A DNA stretch of 64,000 nucleotides from positions 31,620,001 through 31,684,000 of the forward strand of contig OX597828.1 in assembly GCA_951406725.2 (NCBI GenBank), read 5' to 3'. The notes under the pieces were generated by a model. That model did no database searches. It saw only the letters and a program-made list of their open reading frames with translations, and was not told the DNA's origin. The translations under genes were made by a program, and so were the position numbers. This DNA is from Octopus vulgaris. Taxonomy: Eukaryota. This document shows, piece by piece, positions 54,269 through 64,000 of the stretch (its first letter is position 1; every line of letters begins with the position of its first letter).

Positions 54269-55429
54269 TATATTCATAGAGCAAATAATTCTAAAAATTA
54301 AACGGTGCAATAATTCAAAAGGAAATATAAGTTCCCGTAGATGGAAATTCATACCTAATATTTTATTAAGACAATAATGAAAAGAATACACTCAGAAAAT
54401 AGATAACGCGACACAATTTCATTTTATACGTACAAGGAATTACGAATGCCTTTTAGAATGACATAAATATTTTCGACCACGAATCATTCTCAATGACGGC
54501 GATTTTCCGAATACAGCATATTCATGATTTACAGCATATTCATCAGCGTATTCTACATTTATCCGCAATATCTTAAAAAGAAAACTTTTCTCTTATACAT
54601 GTAGATGTGTATATATAAGCACTTTTCTATCTCTCGTTTTATGTATACACACACAATTACGTATGTGGGCTTGTATCTCTGTGTGTGTGGGGGGACGTGT
54701 GTACATATGTATGCTTACATATATGAACTCGTGAGAACAACTATAAGAATACCCATTCACCTTAAAGTTTTTTTTTCTCTGCAGTACATATTTCCATGAA
54801 ACTAATTTCCTGCATGTTTAAAGAAATACGAAAAATCGTTATAGTACAGCAACGTTCATTATTTCCCATATTCCTACTTTATAATCAACTACTGTCTTTT
54901 TTCTCAGTTTCTATACACAATCCATTATAAAAGTATTAATTTAGATAACATAATGTTTCTTCTATATTTACTTGTTTCATTCCAGTCCTAGTCAAATATT
55001 TACTTGTTTCCATAACATGAACATGAATATAAAGAACTATTTTTTAAACAATAGTTTGAATCGCCTATGGCAGAAATGAAAAGCATTTTTTCCTATCGAT
55101 TACAACTTTGCACTTTACGAGTATAAAATTTTATATATGCTCAAGGAATTATTATCTACAGTATACAAAACAGTATACAAAACAGTGGAACGCATTCATT
55201 ATGTGAACACATCTCACTTTTCTTTTGTCTCACAGAAACACAAGAACATGCACATGTATCCATATATGGGAAAATATATATATACATATACATATATATA
55301 CATATACATATATATACATATACATATATATACATATATATACATATGTATATATATTTATATACATATACATATATATATGTATATATGTGTGTGAGTG
55401 TGTTTGTGTGTCTGAGTGCCGTTTTATGC

Positions 55430-55522
55430 ACCCTGGGAAAAATGCTACTCTGAGTTCAAATTCTGCGGAGGTTAATATTATATTTCATCTTTTCGGGGTT
55501 GATAAAATAAGTAACCAGTTGG
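55430..55522 (+). mobile_element. SINE fragment (same core family)
   Basis: CTGAGTTCAAATTCTGCGGAGG..TTTCATCTTTTCGGGGTTGATAAAATAAGTAACCAG. Confidence 0.75.
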
Positions 55523-55573
55523 TTACTGCCGTCAATGAATACATACACACACACATAGACACACACATACATA

Positions 55574-55620
55574 TAGATAGATAGATATTTAGATAGATAG
55601 ATAGAGAGAGAGAGACAGAT

Positions 55621-55700
<80 letters not shown>

Positions 55701-55705
55701 GATAG
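55574..55705. repeat. (GATA)n microsatellite
   Basis: Directly visible. Confidence 0.97.
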
Positions 55706-55949
55706 ACTCCAGTACTCAACTCATATGGTTTTTAGATATATAGGCACAGGAATACAATGGCATACAACTATCTGGTTCTGGGTTCAACCCCATGTCAACC
55801 AAAACAATTGCGAGTACATTTGATATTCTTAAAGCGAACGGAGCCTATCGCATATATATACGATATCCCCTCACTGATATCCACATTACACTTACCAAAG
55901 TATGAGCTGTGAACCGTGCCGTTGCTCGTTTCCAATTTCCCCTCACCTA

Positions 55950-56495
55950 CCACCTACGAGGCTTTCAGCGACTCCCGTCCGACCCCTACACCTCGCACAT
56001 CTTCCCCAACGTAAAACCTTCCCTCCTTCAAACGAGTTCATAACATGTGCGTCTTCTGGTCCGCACTTTCTTTTGTAAACCAGTCTCGCAGCGCGGCTCG
56101 TTACCCTGGTTCCGCCCATGCTGTTGCACCTATATCTCTATATCACAATTCTCACAGGTACCCATCATCGTCCCTATCACATCACCGAATACTTTACCAG
56201 CACTTCTAGGAGCGTCATTTACTGTTTCACCTGCTCTGTCTGTGCTTTCCTGTACAAAGGTCAAATGGGACGCAGCTTGCCTGACCGGTTCGCGGAGCAC
56301 CTCCGAGACATCAGACTCGCACTGACACCCCAGTCTCGCACCATTTCTGCTCTACCAGCCATTTGCTACCATATATCTTCCGACTGTGTTTTCACAGTGG
56401 CCATTCGGACTCCCACCTTCGTCGTGAACATGAATTAATCTTCTCTTCTGTCCTTTGCGCTGCATGCTCTCAACTCACCTTCTCTCTTCATCTGA
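55950..56495 (+). mobile_element. Decayed Penelope-like element 3' part (GIY-YIG endonuclease), probably Neptune-type
   Basis: ORF 56118-56438 contains GTHHRPYHITEYFTSTSRSVIYCFTCSVCAFLYKGQMGRSLPDRFAEHLRDIR, a VIY..CxxC..YxG..R..EH GIY-YIG signature. A CA-rich spacer and a pLTR-like module follow it. Confidence 0.85.
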
Positions 56496-57129
56496 CACCA
56501 ACCATACCTCCTCAATTCATTTGATACTAACTCCATACCACTCCACACACATTAGCACTGGCCACGTCTTAGCACCCATACTACACAACATCATCTACAC
56601 ACCCATATACAACCTTCAATAGCATCACAACACATTCCACTATATTACCAGCCACACACTGTTTAACTCAGTACACCCACACCATCATTCCCTCTCTCAT
56701 ACCACAGAACCGCATATTACCCGAACATAAACAATATATACATACACACCCACACGATCACATAATACTTTAACACAGACTAAATATATATACTCACACA
56801 CCCATACAAGCACATAATACCTGAACACAGACAATATATACATACATACAGAACACGCATTAATACAAGCAACATACATAATCAAAGTCAACTTTCGCCC
56901 ACATACATTCACCATACACATGCACAGTATTTGGTCACAGACAAACAGACACACACACCACGTCAAAAAGCACTCATCAACTGCTACACACAATATACAC
57001 ATACGCGCTACACACGCGCACACTCACTCGCCCCTATTCACACACACACATTTACACACTCACACACACCATCCTCACATGCACACACTCGCACGCGCAC
57101 CTTCTCTTGTTGGGATCCCTAGCACTATT

Positions 57130-57325
57130 ATTACCTCCCATTCTTTCGACCTCTTTTTCCTTATCTCTCGCCGCCCTCTTTGTGTATTTTCTCTTACTCC
57201 TTTCTGTTGAAGAGCGTATGCTCGAACGTAAACGACTTTTTCATTTATTCCCGAGCGTCAAACAAATACACTCGCTTGTTGTTCATACACCTGTCTTCAT
57301 CAGCAGTTTTTCAACTATACATATC
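57130..57325 (+). mobile_element. pLTR-like module with degenerate hammerhead core (copy 3 of 3), probable 3' end of the PLE at 55950-56495
   Basis: CTTT-CTGTTGA-A-GAGC-GTAT-GCTC-GAAC-GTA at 57200-57230, with a perfect GAGC/GCTC stem. It is on the same strand as the GIY-YIG remnant. Confidence 0.7.
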
Positions 57326-58989
57326 TAAATATAGGTATAGGCGCGCGCGTGTGTGTGTGTATGTATGTTGGCGTATGTACAATGGAGATATATTTTTGGA
57401 CGTGAATTACAATGCGCGTACCATCTATCTCTCTTCGGGAGATTATTAGAAATTGATACTAAAAAAATTATGTAACATAGATAAGCCGTTCCCCAATCGA
57501 AAATTGCTTCAAATCCAGGTCACACATTTATCGATTACACTCAAGATAAATCTGTGGATATAGTATAATCAAGCATCATAGATGTATTATTTTCATATAT
57601 ATATATATATATGTTATTTCAAGAAACCATTATGAAATTTAAATTCGCAGCTAGTTTCCTTCTTACACATATACCTGCACAAATTACGTTGTAATCCTAA
57701 ATATAACATTTCTGTTGTGTTGTTTACATGAAATATTTATTTTTCATCAAGCATTCTGTGAACATATAGGGGTACACGGTGTTATTATTTATTGCACCAA
57801 TTTGTACACTACATTAGTAGATGCATGCAGTAAATTTGATATCGAATAAAACACAGACTCAAATTGAAAAAGTGGGACATAAATATATAATATCGTCTAA
57901 GAGTAAATGCTCGTTCTTACACATAATATGGTTCTATATCGCTGATCTTCTTATGGCCGGCGTACTTTTGAACGAGAATAAACGTATTAGATATGCCTAA
58001 ATATTTCAGCTATTTTCCATGCAATGATGTATACATGCACACATAAATTCGTTATATCTAAAACAGAAGATAATCTTTACACATTAGAAACTGAACTGCG
58101 AAGCAAAAAGTTCCACGAATCTATTCTATACTAGCTGGTGTTTTTAAGAAGTCGTGTATGTTAATATATTCATTGATATCTTACCTTTAGAAACGAATAT
58201 ATGTTACTGTTGAAATTATTGGGGTAATTCAAACTTAGTATATGTTGGTAAAATAAGTGTCAGTGTTTTAGCAAATCATTACCCAAATGCACAACTCATT
58301 CTTCCAGGCTCACAATATGGATTCAAGTTTGTAGAGGAAGTGCTCGATGTTTGCAAGCGGAATGCACAGAGGGAAAATGCTAGTTGATCTGAAAGCAGCG
58401 AGCTGTCATAATTGTTACAGTATCTCGCTCGAAGTAGACATTCATCTTTTCAGGATCGAAAACAATATTAGGAGTCGAGCATTGCTGTTAATCTAACCAA
58501 CTACACTTGTACCTCAAAATTTACCGTATTGTTCCAACAACAGAAAGAAATGTTAAGTTTTCTGATGCAAATACTTAGCACGGCGAATAATATTGTATAG
58601 TCTTATTTGTGTCAAATTTCACAGAACTGGAATGGTGCACTGCCAGAAGAAATCTATGTAAAGAATGGTAATTAACACGTCGGCATAATACATCGAGTTC
58701 AGCCACCGTATATAATGAAATCAAGCTTATGTATTTAGAAACTGTGATTTAGACATGCACCCCACCACCAAGTTATCGTATATGCAACATTTTAACTGGA
58801 GTTGTTTCAATTCGAAATAAAAGACTTTATAACTTTAAAGCAGGGTTTTTAAACTTTAAAGTTTCACGTAGATAGTGTTAGAGGAAAAATATCCGTACTT
58901 GTAGTGGCTTTTGTCATACAGATTTTTCAGTATGAATGTTATGAGGATTATAACATTCTGGCAAAGCGTACAACTAGGTAGATCTCTGT

Positions 58990-59170
58990 AGTTGGATAGA
59001 TCTCTAGATATCCAAATCTACTTGAGTTTTAAGATGCTTTCATTTGCATTTCAGACACTTCTGAAACATGTCCTCACAGCCAAAGGCTTGAGACTTTCCA
59101 CGAAGGTATGTATATATGATGCTTGTGCTAAACCGTTCCTCCTATACTTGGTTAAGCATGAAACTCATAT
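58990..59170 (+). mobile_element. Highly decayed RTE-like LINE RT fragment
   Basis: AFQTLLKHVLTAKGLRLSTKVCIYDACAKPFLLY resembles the RTE RT C-terminal motif (L..K..Y..C....LLY). Confidence 0.5.
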
Positions 59171-59928
59171 CAACACTTCCCCAAGATAAGCAATAAATTG
59201 ATGATGAGTTAATACAGCGATGGTAGGTATCAGGTATAAAACTGGCACCACCGATTTCGAAGGATATTTTGTTTTGTCGTACAATCCCAGATTAGTCTAT
59301 CGAAGGCGATTTATTAGCAATGTCATTAGCTTTACTGGTTTTAAGCTTTCAAAGATATTGCTTTATGGTGTATACAGTTATGCGCAAACACATAACAGAA
59401 ATTAATCTCCTAACTTCAAGGAAGAAAATATTATGAATTTGCATCATATTTGTAATTATATTTGCAAAAAGTTTAGGTTCCGGTGTTGACCTTCGAATAG
59501 TTAAGCGTAATACTCGTGGGAGAAAGTTTGTTTCGTATTTCTTCGGCACAGTGATGGGAATATAATTAACATTACCGATTTTGACTGCGACAAAACTTCC
59601 AGTATCAGTGGGTCACCCATAAAATCTTACTTATCTTGAGAAGAAACCTGTTTATTGATGTGCATACAAAGATAATTATCCATACTGGAGTATAGCTTAA
59701 CATTGGAGGATATTCTTCTAGCACCAGGCTAAAAATCCGAATTTGTGTGAAAACATTTAGAGAAAATATAGATAATTACCATTATAATTACATTATAAGT
59801 GGTAATGTAAACTGTAAATGGCAACTCAGCTACGGCAATAGCGTGGTGTATGAATCCAGTTAACGATATATATTTGCAGACGTATATGTACGAGTGTGTG
59901 GGCGGTTGAGTGTGCATGTGTATATATG

Positions 59929-59959
<31 letters not shown>

Positions 59960-59969
59960 ACACACACAT

Positions 59970-60021
<52 letters not shown>

Positions 60022-60241
60022 ATACCATGTTAGTAAGAGGACGGATTCACATTCTTTCTCTTTCCATATTAGTAGAACAAAGAATGTGTGTCCACCCTCC
60101 TACTAGCATGGAATGAAAACATATGATAGCATGAATTTGTGAGGATATCGCTAGTACTTAGTCATGATAATCACAGGCGAAAGAGTTCGGCTAAGTAAAT
60201 ATTCAGCACGTGGACACAGACGCTTATGCATCCAGAAATCT

Positions 60242-60285
<44 letters not shown>

Positions 60286-60941
60286 ACATACACATATATA
60301 TATCCGCAGTTATGTGAACTTACTGACTTTCTGCGCTGCTCTTAACGAAATATCTAGAGCGTTACGCCTGTTTTGAAAAAAGCAGTGTAGAAGATCTGGT
60401 GTCTTGAAACTGTTTTGCTACGTTGATTGGAACAATGAATAATTTATATCTTTGTGAAGATTTCATCGCAGAATTCTGATGAGGCATAGATCCCAGCACT
60501 GAACGTGAAGTACACACGTCACCCTGTCGTCCACGTGTTTTCATCTACTATTATTCACACAAATAACCCCAAAACACACACACATACACGCACCCACACC
60601 CACATATATGTGTGTGTGTGTGTGTGTGTATTGGTGAAGCTGCTCCCTTCAGTTCTGATTTTGTAATTGTGAAATGTTAAATTTTTTTCTCTGTCTATGT
60701 ATCTGTATATGTACTTAACTCTTTATCTGTCATTGGATCTCTCTATCAGTTTATCATTCAATCCATCCGCCTGTCTATTTCTTTCTCCATGAAGTTGTCT
60801 GTCTCTCGTAGTCTATTTCTATATTAGTCTATCTGTGAATTGATCGATGGCACAATTTGTCTTCTATCTTCGTATCTCTGTCTGAATACACATATGTATG
60901 TATGCGTGGGTGTAGTTTTTACAAGTTATAGATAATGGTTC

Positions 60942-60962
60942 GATAGATAGATAGACAGATAG

Positions 60963-60995
<33 letters not shown>

Positions 60996-61096
60996 AAGAG
61001 AGAGACAGGCAGATTGACCGACAGACAGATATATAGACAGACAGACAGATTGACAGATAGATAAATAGATAAATAGATAGATAGGTAGATAGATAA

Positions 61097-61163
<67 letters not shown>

Positions 61164-61250
61164 TATAGATAGATAGATACATACATACATACATACATAC
61201 ATACATACATACATACATAGATAGGCAGATTGATACATACATACATATAT
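60942..61250. repeat. (GATA)n/(GACA)n/(CATA)n block
   Basis: Directly visible. Confidence 0.97.
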
Positions 61251-63710
61251 GCATGCATAGAATAATTGAGAGAAAGAAAGAAAGAAAGAGATTTTTCCTT
61301 GAGATTTGAGATTTTCTTCGTTTCTATGTGTAAAGTTAATTTTTGCAAATATGCACTAACAGAAAAGAGCGATGATATAATTTGCTTTCTTCTTTCTACG
61401 ATATGACAAAATCGCTGGCAGAAAAATCAATACAATCACACGTTGAATAATCCTATAGATTGTTGGTCATATTGTATTATGTGTTTTGTTGTAGTGTTGT
61501 CAATTAATTGAAAGATCTAATAAATAAAAGAGCGAGGCTCTAAACTTCAGAATCAATAGAAGTGACATTACTTTTTAACAAAATCTCTGTAACTGTGATT
61601 CTGTTACTTGAAAGATTAAAATTAATATAAATTTGCCAGGCTAATAATTAATTTTCATGCAAAAAATATATAAAGGCAGTTAGCAACTCTGTATTAACTT
61701 CAACGTAAATTGAATATATATATATATATTGATCCAAATTATCGGTAAATATTTTCTGGAAAACCTGTAAATCACATGTAATTTGCATAGAGATGAACTA
61801 CCTACAATGTAAACAAAAGGTTCATACATGCATACATATATACATACACACACATACATACGCATAGACAGACATACAGACAGATAGACAAAGAGACATG
61901 CATATAAACTTATGGCTGTGCGACTGCAGCTGTTCATTTTACATCGCTGGAAAACGGCATCATACATAGAATATATTTCGTCATTCAAATCTCACATAAA
62001 TATACACGCAGATAAATCATAATGCCGCGAGTTCGTCCATTCATCTCTATTCCTATCTATCCACCTATTCATCTATGTACATCTTTTCTTGATTTTTTTT
62101 TGTCCCTATTGCCTTGTTTAAATCGTGACTGGAATTATTATGCATTTATTAAAATCCTCACAATCAATAGCGGCAATTAAACTGAATGTTGCTCAGTCTA
62201 CTATGTAGTATATACAAAAAATATCGCGTGTCTGGCGACAATGTCTTGTCCATCTTTTATTTATTCGACAAAAAATGTATTACTGAAAATAACGGTGCCT
62301 CCTAACAAAGACAATATCACTATTTGTACCATAGAATTGACAACAAACTCATGAATAAAAGTGAAGAGAATATTCCACCAAACTTTCTATAACAAATGTC
62401 ATTCAACGAAGTATATAAGGCCAATTATCCCATGCCAGTGGTAGGAAATTATTGCTATAATTACCTCCAGACTGTCTTAAAAACGATTGCAGTAACATCG
62501 TCATTTACATCTGTTTAAATTTTAATTCGCTGTTAATGTATAATGACTAATAACACTAAATCTAGCATTTGTGATAATGCTCGTTATGAAGGAAGAAATG
62601 CTTCAAGATGTTATGAGGCATTGATATCCCTTCCAATATAACAGGTCTAAATCCAGTAAGAATTACGTTTAGATAGAACAATCGCAGCTTCAGTGGAAAC
62701 GAAAGAAAGTATGCTTTCTTTTAGTAAATATGACATCAGTGAAAACATCATTCCCATCTCGGGGAAAATTAATATTGTATGATTATTCAGTGATCGCAAA
62801 TTTACTGCTAAATTTAATTAAAACACATCCTCTGAGCTTAAAGAAATAAGTATAAATGAAATAATGTAAAAACTGATATAGAAAAGTTTTGGTATATTAC
62901 AGTTGGGAGGTATCTAAACATGGTTTGATTTCTCGGAAGTAAGCGGGAGCCAAACAACTCTATATCAGTCTCGACCAGAAAAAAGAGATTTGGAAGCTTA
63001 ACCAAAGTTTATATTCTTCACTCAACGTGTCTACTTTCCAACGCCTAATGCTTGTTTGTTTTTATACAAACATATTTCAGCAAAAATCGGTATTGATCAC
63101 CTAAATTGTTCTGCTTATGTTGAGGTTACACGTCCAAGAGCATATATCTAAATGTGAAGTGTACTTCTTTTCAGATGATTTACCCTATTTTGGCTTCGCC
63201 CAATCATCAGAGAGCCAATTATGGTGTCGGCTTGATATAGTTAGTTACATATTCATCAAAAGCTATTACATTTTCTATGATCTTGGCGTTTTCAATCTTG
63301 GTAAAATATTTGTTAATAGAGTGTTCATATGTCTTCATGGTATCGGGATGAAAGTGATACACTAATAATTGTATTACCGATGTTAGTACAATTGCTGGTA
63401 TCTGTTTGCTTGATAGTCATTTGTTTCGCAACACTTTCAAATATTGTATTTCATGAATCTTTTGTTTCTGCCACATCCAGTAATGATACTGTTCATTTAA
63501 TACTTCTCATATACCTCCAACTGAGACAAGTAATTTTCTCGCACCATTTTAATTCTGTATTTCATCTTTTATTATTCTTTTGTTAATTTGAAAGTTTGCC
63601 GATATTATATTAGGAAATATTTCCAATAATTAAAATTCTGGATATAATAAACTACGCAGAATATATAAATGCATAACATAAATACTTTCGTGAAATATAT
63701 GCAGGCACAC

Positions 63711-63711
<1 letters not shown>

Positions 63712-63741
<30 letters not shown>

Positions 63742-63825
63742 TGTATGTATGTATGTATGTATGTATGTATGTATGTATGTATGTATGCATGTATGTATGT
63801 ATGTATGCATGTATGTATGTACGTA
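63712..63825. repeat. (TATG)n microsatellite
   Basis: Directly visible. Confidence 0.97.
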
Positions 63826-63918
63826 CGTATATATTAACATATATATACATAGATACGATAGAATCAATTATGAAGTGCTCAAAGGCACCCAACCACATAT
63901 ATATCACATGTATACAGT

Positions 63919-63965
<47 letters not shown>

Positions 63966-64000
63966 TGGACTGAGAAAGAAATAGAGAGAAAAAGAACATA

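Overview
This is AT-rich, microsatellite-dense eukaryotic DNA that looks intronic or intergenic. The SINE families and repeat profile suggest an Octopus-like cephalopod, which is an inference. No host protein-coding gene is recognisable, and almost all short ORFs in the track are translations of simple repeats. The main coding element is a near-intact R4/Dong-clade non-LTR retrotransposon (about 30180-34235: Myb-like N-terminus, RT, CCHC knuckle, restriction-like endonuclease, (AAT)n tail), split by one frameshift that creates an ATGA stop/start overlap. The window also holds two more R4-like 3' remnants, two decayed Penelope-like elements (PLEs) of different types, many tRNA-derived SINEs (two with 14-bp target-site duplications), a non-autonomous Helentron-like element, and CR1- and RTE-like fragments. 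The most unusual signal is a two-copy non-coding element (13487-13824 and 53778-54268) built as inverted arm + tRNA-derived Pol III head + (AAT)n + degenerate minimal hammerhead core + tail. It is a candidate SINE/retrozyme hybrid mobilised by PLEs. A second hammerhead-like module occurs three times, one copy lying downstream of a PLE remnant. Candidate minus-strand 5' exons lie near 47.5-47.9 kb (partly duplicated at 51 kb) and 24.5-24.75 kb.
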